Shown here: piece after piece, positions 41,867-54,716 of the stretch
How positions within the stretch are numbered: the stretch's first letter is position 1
Layout of the letters: every line of letters begins with the position of its first letter
DNA from: Parasitella parasitica NRRL 2501
Lineage: Eukaryota > Fungi > Mucoromycota
Direction: 5' to 3'
Assembly (NCBI GenBank): GCA_025201805.1
Contig: MU619278.1
Coordinates: 56,787-120,786, forward strand
DNA length: 64,000 bases
Program-made: the position numbers and the translations under genes
The notes under the pieces: generated by a model
What the model saw: the letters and a program-made list of their open reading frames with translations, nothing else
What the model was told of the DNA's origin: nothing
Database searches by the model: none

Positions 41867-42335
41867 ATGTGTCTGCTGTGGACTACATATACAGGAAATT
41901 TAGTATGCAAGATGAGGGGAGACAAATTAACTACATGTACCTAAAGGATTGTGGTCTCTCTGCTGATCCATCATTCTGTGGGGTAGATTGTGATGGCCAG
42001 CCTTGCGTGCTGTTTGTATTGCTATTTATCAGATGAGCAGGTTGTTGTTGCTGCTGTTGCTGGGCCTGCTGGAGCAATTGTTGCTGTTGAAACAGCTGGT
42101 GTTGTTGTTGCTGCTGTAGTAGTAATTGTTGCTGTCTTTGTTGCTGTTGTTCCAAGAGTAACTTGTTCTGCTTTTCCAGCTCGAGCTGCTGCTGCTGCTG
42201 CATTTGCAATTGCTGTTGGTGCTGTTGTTGCTGCTGTTGGCTATTCACCAACGCATTCATACCCTCAATCAACTTTCTGACCTCAGCTAAATCATTAGCT
42301 GCTGCTTCTGTAGCTCTGTCCATGGCAAAATTCAT
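41195..42335 (-). CDS. PolyQ protein with PB1-like domain
   Basis: Multi-exon. Q-rich N-terminus, then IIEVNHLGFTRTLYF...LQYKGFDGLWKCL...SLKRVL...LQIRV (beta-grasp/PB1 pattern). Start may be 42323. Confidence 0.65.
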
Positions 42336-44120
42336 GTAGTAGAAGTACAAAGTAGTGAAATAGAAAGATAAGCCAAATAAGAGGGAAAAAAAAAATTTAT
42401 GAGAAATATATAGAGCCGGGATAAAAAAAAATTAACCCCTTCTCATTAGGTTATCTATAGGCAATAAACGGTGGCCCTTGCTTTTTTTATATATCCCTCA
42501 CTGATGTGCTGATTTGTTGCATCTTCTAGAAGGATCACATAGTCTACGGTTGCTTGGCAAGAAGATTATTTGTAATAGACCCCAGAAAAAAATTGTGTAT
42601 TGTGCATTGAGACATCAAAGATTTTTTTGTCCAACCATTTACAATTTTTAATAAACCTGAAAGCTGTATAAATTGATTATATATTTTGGAATAGATGAGG
42701 AGCTAATGGTTTATGTTTTCGTGTTCTCATCAATAGGGTAACACGTATCGTCGAGTTTATGCATTACTACTGTATTAAACCTAATTAAATGTATATGAAC
42801 AACGATCTATGATTTGCATGAGCGTGTATTGATGATATTTGCTATTTATTGTATCTTTGTATGAAAATTATCACAGAAAGGGCCCCTATTCAAGCCATTA
42901 TATTGTAAATATGATAACACATAAATCATATAACCATTTATTTAGTTAAAATGCAAAGCTTTTTGTGCAGGTAATAAAGAAACGCTTTAAATACAAAACA
43001 AGTTATAACTTTTTGCTATATGTACATATATTCTTTATTTTAGTTGTATCATAGCCGATAAATGCAATGGTATGTATATCGAAAGAATCATTCTTTATAT
43101 TAAGCCCGGCTACTTGCCTTTATTACACATCAAAATGATACAATTCCAAGAACTGACTTTAACATAAATGCATAACCTCGCTGTGCAAGTCAAATGATTT
43201 GAAATCCATTGAAAAGGTGCAAGTAGATAATAGAAGCAGCTTATAACAGGAAAATTTTGCTGTCTATTGCGTATCCACCAGAAATATGCACAAACCGGCC
43301 CATTGAAACGCTTATTGAGCCGTTTCTGGACGTTTCTAATGTTCAAAATTGCATTAGAACGGCTTGTCTTGATCAGCAGATGTATTAGAGTGCGTTTTTG
43401 ATGGGTTTGCAAATGTTCATTTTTTTGGCGATTTTGCATGAGGGGTACCTCGTCCAAAATTGCTTTTTCAACAAATGTCGATTTTTTCCCTTGAAATTGA
43501 GATTTTTCATTATGGCTTCTTAAGACACAAATGGTGGTAGGTGTTCACTATTTCATATACAATAGTTTAATTTGGCTGCTCAAGCCAAGTCTTTAGATGT
43601 TTTCCCAAAAAACTGATTTTCCATATATTTGAAGATAGTGACCCATTTACGCCATTTTCTAAAAGAATAAAAATGAATTTGCATAGAACAGCCAAGCTAA
43701 CGCATAGTTAGTAAGAATCAAAAGGTCTGCTTACTATCAACTTTGTCATGAAAAAAACTTTCAAGAGATGAAAATTTTCCAAAAATGGACAAATTTTGTT
43801 CCAGTGAGCAACTGGGAACAAGGTAGCATTGTGTTTTTAACCCCCGCCTAAAGCTTACATTTACTGTATTCAGCTTGGGATGGTTAAAGAAGAGCGATTT
43901 CAAGACGAATGACTAGCATTAGCACGTGTAAAAACAGATATTGTGTACGAGACAACCTTTGGGATATGTTTAAACTCCAAAAAGAAAAGGAAATATTTAG
44001 TCGAAATTTCCTGCAATCATAACAATTTGTAACGTCAAAAATTGGTGTTTATCAGTACATCATGCAATATAATTGCTGTGATAAGCAAAATAAAACTATT
44101 TAGCCGCTGCCGTGTTTGTA

Positions 44121-44230
44121 TGAGTCATTGGCGTTGTAAAAATACGACCAAGTCAAGACGTGTGTATCATTATCCGATACAAGCTTTTATTATTCAAAAT
44201 GATCAAAATCAGACTCATCACAGTGAGTCA
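44121..44230 (+). promoter_or_regulatory. Cluster of Gcn4/CpcA-type TGAGTCA sites upstream of HIS7
   Basis: TGAGTCA at 44121 and 44224, near-match AGACTCA at 44211, 100-200 bp before the ATG. Confidence 0.7.
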
Positions 44231-44327
44231 TCCAAGTCACTACGCCGACTTCTTGGGAAAGTTATCCATCTACTTGCTTTGACACGTTGTTTATATTTTT
44301 TTTTTTTGACTATCATCAAAATCAAAC

Positions 44328-45989
44328 ATGCCTGGTCTTTATATGCTTGATTATGGAGCAGGAAATGTTCGCAGTTTAGTGAACGCTATCAATCATCTGG
44401 GCTACGACATCACCTTTGTCAAAGAACCATCCGATATTGCCCTTGCTGATAAACTTATTTTTCCTGGCGTAGGAGATTTTGGGTTTGCTATGCGTGCTTT
44501 GCGCACAAAGGGTTACGCTGAGCCTTTGAAAGCTTATATTGCATCTGGAAAACCGTTTATGGGTATCTGCGTTGGCATGCAAACACTATTTGAAGGTTCT
44601 TCCGAGAGCGATGAACCTGGCTTGGGGGTCATCCCGGGCAAGACGATTCTATTTGACAACTCAACAAAGGCAGTTCCTCACATGGGCTGGAACCACACAC
44701 AACTTTTGAAAGAACAACCCGATGGATCGGTAGGAGGACAGTCTGTCAATTACGACATTGATCAAGACAAAGTGTACTACTTTGTCCACTCATACGGCGC
44801 ACGCTATTCTGAGAAAAATAAGGATTGGGTTTTGGCTACTACACAATATGGCGACGAAGTCTTTATTTCTGCTGTTCAAAAGGGTAATGTTTTCGCCACT
44901 CAATTCCACCCGGAAAAGAGTGGCTACGCTGGCCTCAATCTCCTGAAGTCCTTCATTTCAGGCACTGGCCTAGTCGACGAAAAGACAGTGACATGCAAAC
45001 CCCCCACCAAGCTTGAACAAGACACATTTAATAGACGTATCATTGCTTGTTTGGATGTTCGTGCCAACGACAGCGGTGATTTGGTTGTTACCAAGGGCGA
45101 TCAATATGATGTCCGTGAGACTGAAGGCGGCAATGACGTTCGCAATTTGGGTAAACCGGTCGAATTGGCCAAGCGTTACTTTGACGAAGGTGCTGACGAG
45201 ATCACCTTTTTGAATATCACAAGTTTCCGCAACTGTCCCTTGGGGGATACGCCTATGCTGGAAGTTTTGAAACGTACATCTGAAAGCGTCTTTGTGCCTT
45301 TGACTATTGGTGGTGGAATCCGTGATGTTACTGATCCTGATGGCACTGTTCACCCTGCCTTTGAAGTTGCTGGCGAGTACTTTCGCTCTGGTGCTGATAA
45401 GGTATCTATTGGCAGTGATGCTGTCTACTGCGCAGAGAACTTTATTGCTAGTGGCGGCAAGAAGAATGGCACAACTGCCATTGAGACAATTGCTGAGGCG
45501 TACGGCTCCCAAGCGGTTGTCATCTCTGTCGATCCTCGTCGTGTGTATGTCAAAGATCCCAATGATACCCCTCATAGCACCGTCAAGAACTCTATCCTAG
45601 GACCTAATGGCGAGCAGTATTGTTGGTATCAATGTACTGTCAAGGGTGGCCGCGAAGGCCGTGATTTAGATGTGATTCAATTAGTCACCGCCTGTGAACA
45701 GCTTGGAGCTGGTGAAATCTTGTTAAATTGTATGGATCGTGATGGCACCAATTCTGGTTTTGAGCTGGAGCTTATTAATTCAGTAAAGAAGGCAGTAAAG
45801 ATTCCTGTTATTGCTTCCAGCGGTGCAGGTCGCGTCGAAGATTTTGTTGAAGTCTTTGAAAAGACGGGTGTTGAAGCTGCGCTGGCTGCTGGTATTTTCC
45901 ATCGGCATGAAGTGCCTCTTCAAGATGTCAAAAGGTTTGTGAAGGGATCTGGTATTGCAGTTAGACCTATTGATACGACCACTTTGTAA
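44328..45989 (+). CDS. HIS7: Imidazole glycerol phosphate synthase HisHF (intronless)
   Basis: [30 protein letters not shown] glutaminase domain fused to RIIACLDVR...DRDGTNSG cyclase domain. Confidence 0.98.
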   Translation: MPGLYMLDYGAGNVRSLVNAINHLGYDITFVKEPSDIALADKLIFPGVGDFGFAMRALRTKGYAEPLKAYIASGKPFMGICVGMQTLFEGSSESDEPGLGVIPGKTILFDNSTKAVPHMGWNHTQLLKEQPDGSVGGQSVNYDIDQDKVYYFVHSYGARYSEKNKDWVLATTQYGDEVFISAVQKGNVFATQFHPEKSGYAGLNLLKSFISGTGLVDEKTVTCKPPTKLEQDTFNRRIIACLDVRANDSGDLVVTKGDQYDVRETEGGNDVRNLGKPVELAKRYFDEGADEITFLNITSFRNCPLGDTPMLEVLKRTSESVFVPLTIGGGIRDVTDPDGTVHPAFEVAGEYFRSGADKVSIGSDAVYCAENFIASGGKKNGTTAIETIAEAYGSQAVVISVDPRRVYVKDPNDTPHSTVKNSILGPNGEQYCWYQCTVKGGREGRDLDVIQLVTACEQLGAGEILLNCMDRDGTNSGFELELINSVKKAVKIPVIASSGAGRVEDFVEVFEKTGVEAALAAGIFHRHEVPLQDVKRFVKGSGIAVRPIDTTTL

Positions 45990-46687
45990 ATATATAAACA
46001 TAAAATCAAAATGAGCGACGTCTCCTTACTACTACTATCATTATAACCGTTGTTACTAGTATCCGTATTTCACCTTTTTGCATGATTTATCATGAGCACG
46101 CGTCAATTAAACGAATTAGACAAAATAAGACCGAGAAAAAGTGGCATCAGGGGCATATTCCAGAATCCATAGCATATGCCATGCCGTTTTATGGATCCTT
46201 GAAAGTTCTTTTTATAAACTGTATTACTCTGATGCAACACATTTCATTATACGACAATGAAAACATACACTCTTTTTTAAGGGGTAATAACTCTTGCACT
46301 AGAGTCATTGTGCATGACGATGTAGACATTCTTGTCGAATCATTGGAGTTGAAACAAACATCTTGAAGATTGAAATGCCTGCTATCAGAAATCAAATGTT
46401 GGATAGAGCCACTAGCAGGCAGGAGGTGGCATTTTGATTCTCTTTATTTGGAGTTGTAAGAGTAATCTTAAGGTTTTGCAGGAGGGAAGGAGTTGCAGAC
46501 GCACCAGGCAGCTTTCTATTTTGAGTCACCTACCAAGTGTATTTCACTTGTGTGACGCTCTAGTCACCACGTTCTTGTCCGTATATCAGCAACAAGTATA
46601 CATTAAGTCCCTTGGTTCCTAGATCCTTTCCTTCTTTCTTTCCTTTTCTTCTTTGTTATTTTGACCATTTATTTATAAATTGAATAA

Positions 46688-49600
46688 ATGTCAAAACCAT
46701 TATCAGCTAGTCTGTCAGAGACAATGTCGAAACAGAGAAGGCCAATATCCTTCTCAGGAATGAATGTGAACCAAGTAAAACTTGAATTAGCAGCACAACT
46801 GGAAGACAAGGAAAAGTTACTGGGAAAGAACGGCACAAGCCAGATCAGTAGGAATGCCCTCATAAAACAAGCTGATGTTATCAGAAGGGAATTGTTGGAT
46901 TTGAATCAGTATGAACAGCAAGATGAGCTGCCTGACGACATTAGATCCAAATTGGAAGGTTTAGCTAACGAAGTGCAATCTTTAAAGAGCTCCAAGGCAA
47001 GAGAAAGCAGCGCAATCTTTTTTTTTTCTTCTTCTTTTTTTCAACCATCTGATCTAATTAATTTTGTATAGTCAACTAGTTTGCACGATAAAAACATAAA
47101 TTCCTCTCCTCTGTTATTACCTCCTGCTCCAACCAATTCTTCACCTTCAAAGCAGCGCACAAAGATAGCAAATGGAAATAGACGAAATCCTGATATTGAA
47201 TTCGCAACCGAAATTGGCCAGGGATTGCTGATTGAAGTGCGGAAACTTCAGGTAAACATCCAAGAAAAAGACGAAACAATCAAGCAACTCGAGCTCGCAT
47301 TAGCTGACAGAGAGAGGAATCAAGAAACATCTCAAAGACAGTTGAGGCAAAGAGAAAAAATTGAAGGTATATGTTTTGTTTAAACAGGGACAACACGCAG
47401 AGAAATTCAACATTCTTCATATGAAATAGAGAGATTAACGGAGGAAAACTGGAATCTTGAAGTTGCAAACCAAGAGCTTCGTGCACATTTATCAGACTCT
47501 AATCAATCTGTGACCAAACACAACTCCGAGTTCAGCAGATTGACTAAGCAGCTGAAGGTCCAATCTGAACAAATCGATATCATGAAAGCTCAAGAGGAGA
47601 AGAATGCATCTGTTGTGGAAGCAATGAAGGCTCGCCATGAACAAGAGACATACCAGCTTCGGCGACATGCAGCGAGTGCACAGCGTGACAATTCTCAACT
47701 ACAAAAGCAAGTGGAAACACTCAACACAGAGCTCAAGATCTGCAAGGCAAAGTTGTCTATCAAGTTGGCTACAACTTTACGTGCTGCTGAAGACATGACA
47801 ACTATTGAACCAAACTCTGGAGCTGTACAAGATCAGGATTCGGAATCTGATCAAGGCAATAGCGCAACGCCTGCTACCGCCGCTTCACCGCAATCTCGTA
47901 ATCAGGCCATGGAGACTGAAACATTGAAGCAATCCTTAGCTCATGCACATCGAATCATCTCGAATCTCAGAAGTTCTTACCATAAAGAAAAGCTGGAGAA
48001 ATTTGAAATTAAAAAGATGTTATCAGACAGCCAAGAAACCATTGAACAAATGAGCAAGGAAATGACTAGTTGGAATACCAATAACGCCATCTCCCTAGAA
48101 AGTGGTGGCCATGGTCGTACAAAGGCAAATGGCAAAAAGAAGCCCTTGACTAAAAAGAGAAGAGGTGGCGTGGCTAGACAACCAAGGGGTCTCTGTCCTA
48201 ACGAATCAGATACAGATCAACAACCTGAGCTGAATGAGGAGGAGAACGACCAAGAGGAGGAAATGCCAGTTGATAGTGAAGATGAAAGTGGCGAGGATGA
48301 TTCAATGAGTTATTTTGGAAACGCTGCTGGAAATACATTAGATAGCATATTTGCCAACAGCACTCCATTTGCTTCAATTGCCATGAAACCATTATCCTCA
48401 GAACTGGAAGCCAAGGTTCAAGTCATTGATGTAGGCATCAATACGGACCATATAGAATTTGCAACATGCAGCCATAGCCATTCTTCTGAGTCATTATCGT
48501 CACCTTCGGCCTTGATGGTTTCATCGTCATTACCTGTCAATGTTGAACACCAAGAAGAAGCTGGTGATACACGTTCTGACTCCTTTGTAGTACAAGACAG
48601 AAATGTTCCTCATGTTGATAATCAGGAGGCGTCTGCGGCGGCAACAATCAATCAAGTTGACAAAGCAGAGAATGTCACAGCGAAAGGGATTATTTCTCAG
48701 CCCGACGAATCTGACGGTGTACCCATCCAGCACAGCAATACAAAGGAGAGCCTGACAGAAGAGTACGTTCAGAGACAAATATCAAACGTCCTAATCAAGG
48801 AGAGACAAGAAATAGCTCAACGTGCAGAGGCTATTCTTTCTCCTGAACAGATAGAGATATTATTACCTAATCACAATCAATCGCAATCAAATTCCGCATC
48901 GAGATCAACCCAAAACACATCCAAATCGACTCCTGAACAGCATGCTAAAACGCAACTAATACCCAAATCTGACGTAGACAAGATGATTGAGACGGCCATA
49001 TTGGAGAAGACAGTGGACATGGTCCATAAATCTGAAGTGGAGGAATTGATTAAACAATCAGTACGCGAAGAAAGAACAAAACTAGAAGAGCACGCGGCTG
49101 CGAATATGATACCCAAGACCGAGGTCGATGCCATGATTTGCGCAGCCACAGAAAAGGCAAATACTGCCGCCGCAGAGACACAAAAGAACATGGTTTCCAA
49201 GGCCGAGGTCAATAATTTGATTCAAGAGGCTCGCAAAGAGTCTATCGTTGAAGCGCAAAAGAATATGGTAACCAAAACTGAAGCAGACACGTTGGCCCTG
49301 GCTGCTGTGGCCTTAGCGACGGAAAAATTGATCAAAAAGAAGGCTGAAGAGAAAGATGCGTTAGTGTCTGAGATGATTTCAAAGGAAGAGGCGCAAGATA
49401 TGGTGCAACAAGCATCGTTGGCCGAAAAGAGAAAGGTTAAAGAGCAAGTTGACATGGCATTGGACAAGCAGAGGTCTGAGTTCGAGCTCATCAAGAAGTC
49501 TGAAATCGAGAAAATGGAAACAGTCAATGCAGCAATGTTGGAGAAAGTGAAGGCAGACATGGATGCTGTCAAAAAGACCGAATTGGACAAATTGATACTA

Positions 49601-51601
49601 GAGCTAGAAGCTCGCAAAGATGCAGATTTAGACGATCACAAACGAAAATTCGATAGCTTGAAGGCAGACGAATTGGAAAAGCAAAGATTAGATCTACAAG
49701 CAACCATGCAAGCTAAACTAGATGAACAGAAGCAAGAAATTGAGTCGAGAATTGCCGAAATCGAACAGCAAAAGGAAGAGGCAACCAATATCAAACAAGC
49801 AGAAATTGACGCTTTAAGTAAAACAATTGAAGCCTATAAGAAAGAGTCTGAAGAAACAGTGCAAAGAATCAAGACAATGCTAACAAAAGATAGCGCAAAC
49901 GTTCTTGTTAAGCGTGCGGTAGCTGACGCAGTAGAAGCTGCTGAGAAGAAGCATTCTGAAGCTATGGCGGGCATGATTTCGAGAGAGTTTGCTCTTCGTA
50001 TGGCCCAAGATGAAGTAGCGAAATCACTAAAAGCCGAAAGAGAAGAAGTCGAGGCAATGCAAATGATATCCAAGGCAGAAGCCGAAGCCCTAGCCAAGGT
50101 TGCTGCTGCAGACGCAATCGTTAAGGAGCGCCAGACAATGGCTGCTCGTGAAAAGGAATTGATTACCAAGGAAGAGGCCGATGCATTGGCTGAATCTGCT
50201 GCAAGAGAAGCTGCTGATAAAGAGAGGGCAGAGTCTGCTTTGATCTTGGCTAAAGAAAGAAAGGCAATGCGTGAAAAAGAAGATCGCATGGTTTACAAGG
50301 AGGAAGCTGAACAAAACAGCAAAGAAGCAGTTCGAATTGCATTATTGGAGCACGAAAAGAAAAAGTCTAAAGAAGCTTCCATTGCAATGAACAATGTGAA
50401 TCCTGTAGCCTCAAGATTTGCGTCCCAAGAGCAAATAGAAGCACCTAAATCGATTGAACGTTCAGTATCTACGTCAAGATTAGGTCTTCCTTCTGTCAAC
50501 GTATCACCATCGCCCTCTGTATCTACACCTGCTAGCACAAGTCGTAAATTAAAGCTATCAGCCTCAGTATCTTCATTAAGATTAGGCTCTGGAAGAAAGG
50601 AAAACAATATCCAAAAGAGCCAACGTCCCAGCACCGATAACACTGGCAATTCATTTGGCAGCTTCCGTATTTTAGAGAATACCAAATATACCTCTCACCG
50701 TCTTCAGTCAAGATCATCTATTAGTCTACGAGAGCTCTCGAATAAGCAACATTCTTCGACATCTATCTCTACAATGTCTTCTGCTGATGATAATCAAACG
50801 TCTATTAGTAGAATTCATATGCCTATGAGGTCTGATGAGAGCTTTAGCGGCTTCTCTACTAATGGAGGTACAGATGTTGAAGTTATTTCTGCTATTACAC
50901 AAACTATGATTGGCGAATGGATGTCAAAGCATACTCGTCGTTATGTGGGTGGTGGAATATCCGAAAATAAGCACAAAAGATTCTTCTGGGTCCACCCTTA
51001 TACTGGCACTCTGTATTGGAGTTCGGTAGAACCAGGCTACGAAGGAAATGGAGCCAAGGCTAAGAGTGGTAAGTATAGAGGTTGGGATTTGATTAATCAA
51101 TAGTTAACAAACTTTGTAATCTCCAGCCTTCATTGGATCTGTATCTGGTGTACCAAGTAATGATAATTCTGGAGGGTCTCCTATGAGCTTGTTGATCCGC
51201 ACTCCCAAGAGAGATATTAAAATAACCGCACCATCATTAGAGCGACATGAACTGTGGCTGAAGGTAAACTATCAGAATCGAAACCATGAGATTACGATCG
51301 ATGCTAACTACGATGATAGTCTTTAACTTTCTTATTACACCGACCATACGATACCAACAATCAAATATTAGAGGAACCACGATTTACATCAGATAGCGGC
51401 GTTGAACATGCTGGACATCAACAATCAACTAACTCGGCAACAATCGATTCAAGGGCTTCCGAAAGAAGCCTTCCTCAAATGACGGATGTTACTCAGTATG
51501 ATTCAGATGATTCAGAGGACATGGTAAATATCAGACAATGCTGTGATGGTAAACACGATGTCTCGACTCTTTCGCGCGGGCTCCATCATCACCATCATTA
51601 G
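46688..51601 (+). CDS. Cortical dynein anchor Num1/ApsA/Mcp5-like coiled-coil protein with C-terminal PH domain
   Basis: DIEFATEIGQGLLIEVRKLQ, EENWNLEV, ETLKQSLAHAHRIISNLR, VISAITQTMIGEWMSKHTRR...RFFWVHPY..TLYWS, CCDGKHDV near the C-terminus. Confidence 0.88.
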
Positions 51602-52906
51602 TAAATAATATATATACACCTTTTAAAAAAAGTATGCTACATACATCTATCAATAAAAAAAAACTGTCTTTTTCAGTTGCAAATTCTACAAAAGAAATAT
51701 TTTCAACCCAAACTTTATATAAAATGTAAAATGCTCATGTAAATCAAGAGCCTCAACAACAAAGGCTTCAAATTGTCATAAATCTACTGCCTAATCGTCT
51801 GCTAGATAAGCTCACTGATGCAGACATATAGAACAGAATACAACTGCTTGTTTCATCTTAACTCACGGCCTCTTATTAGTAAGATTTGCTTCTCTTGAAA
51901 CCTAAATGATACAACAACTATGGTTAATTCCTCAACAAAGCAGGTGCACAACGTTTAATTCACCAAGAGGTCTTGTTGCTATAAACCTCATTATACTATC
52001 ATAAAGAGAAACCTCAGCTTGATAACAATTGTCATTTTAAAGCTTTTTCAAATACTTTTTCATTTCGTAGTTTACTACTCACGAACGATCAGGCTCTTTT
52101 GTTTATAATTTATGAGCACTTTGCGCTTATTATTCAATTTTTCTATATATCGTTGTGATTCTATACATTTATCAACGCTAAATAAATATGTATTTTACCT
52201 GCACCATACGTAGAAATATTTGAAGTTGTCGTCTGTGATGCAAGATATGAATAATAGCACTTGTATGCGCATTTTCGTGATATTTGAAGAGTGGAGTGCT
52301 TTAAGGAAAAATATTTAATTGGAAATAACAAGTGCAGTATGCATCAAGCATAAGGAGATTCCATTCTGATAGTAGTGGTTTCGATGATGTATAGAGATTG
52401 AAGTGGAAGGGTGCTACTAATTGCTGCTGAACGAATTCTGATATTCTCCCTTTGCTTTGTAGTTTAACTGCATGTAAGGGGAAAAGAACCATGGTTTTTC
52501 TTTCAACTAATACAAGTTCAAATCTTTTTGTCTGATATAAATTCAACCACCATTTGCAAGTTAAGAGCAGCGCTATGCATGTCTGTTAGTATACAAATAT
52601 GCGAAAATAAACCATTCGTCTATTTTGTTCGTAAAGTGCCCATCACGCTTTCTAAGCCCTGATTCTATTGATGTTTACATCTCGTGCATTGTAACATTGC
52701 TTTTCTGTAGTGTATTTTAATGCAATGAGACAGCAGGAGGCCCTTTGTACATTTGTAAATTATTTGATGGCCTCTCTATGACAACAAACAAAATGATCTT
52801 CAGCTGACATATTTGTACAAATAGCTAACAAAGCTTCAGATTTACTCGAATGCCTTTTTTTTTTATTTCAATTGTACAAACAAAACAAAAACCTGCGTTA
52901 TCAAAT

Positions 52907-53116
52907 ATGAAGCTTAATTTGATAATATCTTTTGCATTTGCCCTACTTATTATGTCTATATCTGCTGCTCCCAGAGCAAGTGAAAAGCGAAGTACTCTGG
53001 GTGATAACACTGAAGTATTCACAGATTCAAAGGCTGGTACAGAACTTGCAGAGGAGGAAGAACGTCCTGATGATGGCGATTTTGATTTTGATTTCCTTGA
53101 ACACATTCTTAAATAA
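52907..53116 (+). CDS. Small secreted prepropeptide (69 aa)
   Basis: MKLNLIISFAFALLIMSISA|APRASEKR|STLGDNTEVF...DFDFDFLEHILK*. Signal peptide, Kex2-type KR site, A-rich start context. Confidence 0.72.
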   Translation: MKLNLIISFAFALLIMSISAAPRASEKRSTLGDNTEVFTDSKAGTELAEEEERPDDGDFDFDFLEHILK

Positions 53117-53196
53117 ACTGTGACTATATGCGTATGATTTTACTTTGAAAACTTAGAATAAAAAATGGGCATCTTTATCTTTGATAATATATAACA

Positions 53197-54716
53197 ATGT
53201 CTCTTCAAGAATGTTTAGAAGCACTAGTTGCAAATTCCAAGAAAGCATCGTCAATAGAGTTTAAGGAAAGCTCATCTGAAGTTTTGTCAGATCTAATAAC
53301 ACGTAAACGAAAGCTAATAAGAGAACCTGAAGCACATGAGTTGAAGCTTCAAGCTCTTTGTGCCGGTGATTTCACTACAACAAAGTACATTACTGATTAA
53401 GAAGCTAAAAACTCTAGTATTTGGATGATTCACATTTAAAATAGATTAAAGCACGATTTATTCAAAACTACTCCTAATCGACCAAACACAAAAAGGCAAG
53501 AGATCGAGAAAATTTTGAAAGCTGCAAACGCCTTGAATCAGATTAGGTAAATATCTGGGATGTGTGTAGTTTGAAAGCACACTTTACTCATTAATTACAT
53601 TTAGCAACATACCAGAAATGAAGATGAGGATCGAAGAATTAGCACATATCCACGAAGAGCGACAAACTAACCTTGATTATCTGTATGAGGCTTCCGCAAA
53701 GGTAACGCATCAGGTTAACAGATGCTCAGCAAAGATACTTACGATTCATAGTATGATGCAGAGATAAAACAATTTAAAGAAAACGAGGCCGTTCCGATGG
53801 ATATTGACGATGACTTTGGTGACTACGATGACAGTGTCATTCGTGATGAAACACGAAAGGTTGAAAGATTGAATCAGGAATTGGAAGAGAAAAAGACAAA
53901 GAGAAAAGTGATCCAGCAAAAGAAACAAGAGCAACTCGATATCCGAGATTCGTTGGACGAACTGCAGCAAAAAATAAGAGCATCCATGACGAATAAGACA
54001 AACGAAGGATTAAGTTTACTGGAAAACCGAATACTCGAAGAGAAGCAGAAAATCCAAGAACTAGGTAAGACGATCAAGGTACGGCACCCAAATTTGTAGT
54101 TTGACATCAAGCAGATCTACAGATAAAAGCTCTTGATGAAGTCAGTTCAATAACCCCACACCCTCAGCCGACGTTTAAAATTCGAGAATTAAGTGTAGGG
54201 TTTAAAGCGCGAATCGATAGGCTACTTCATTCCAGCCTTCAAGAAGAAACTACAACCGATTTAAATGATCTCTCTCGATTATTCGCGTCTATTCAAAAGG
54301 AAATACAGACGCAATTAGCTCATTTAAAACAGGTGGAGTCGAATGAAAGGCACGAACAGGCAGCTGGACTAGTTTATCTCAAAGTTTTGGATTTCATTCA
54401 ACACCACAATGAAAAGAAGCATCATGTTATTCCCAATTTTGATCAATTCAGGACCATTTTCCCAAATTGCAGACTGACTGATACTGGTTTTCTCGAAATA
54501 AACAAGGAATCTAGAGTGCTGACATGGATTCTATCTAAGCTCAATGGCAATGGCAGATCGATGCTTTGGACAGATTTGACTCGATTTGTACAGGAATTAG
54601 CAGAGAAACAAAACTATCCGGAACAAGAAGCCATACAGTGTATTCATAAACTGGTCGGCCTTGGACTTGCCGTTATTGATCGTTCTCAAAACGAAAGTGT
54701 AGTTAGACTACTATGA
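53197..54716 (+). CDS. DASH/Dam1 complex Spc34-like protein with extended C-terminus
   Basis: LQECLEAL...LIREPEAHE, ILKAANALNQI..IPEMKMRIEEL and IRDETRKVERL resemble Spc34 blocks; followed by further coiled coil and a terminal alpha/beta domain. Multi-exon. Confidence 0.6.

Noticed and set aside
43110-44000. Possible MITE-like sequence upstream of HIS7
   Set aside because: Only very short, imperfect inverted matches; ends cannot be defined.
44970-50685. Antisense ORFs within HIS7 and the Num1-like gene (and similar shadow ORFs over polyQ tracts)
   Set aside because: Expected shadows of codon bias and CAG/CAA repeats on the coding strand.
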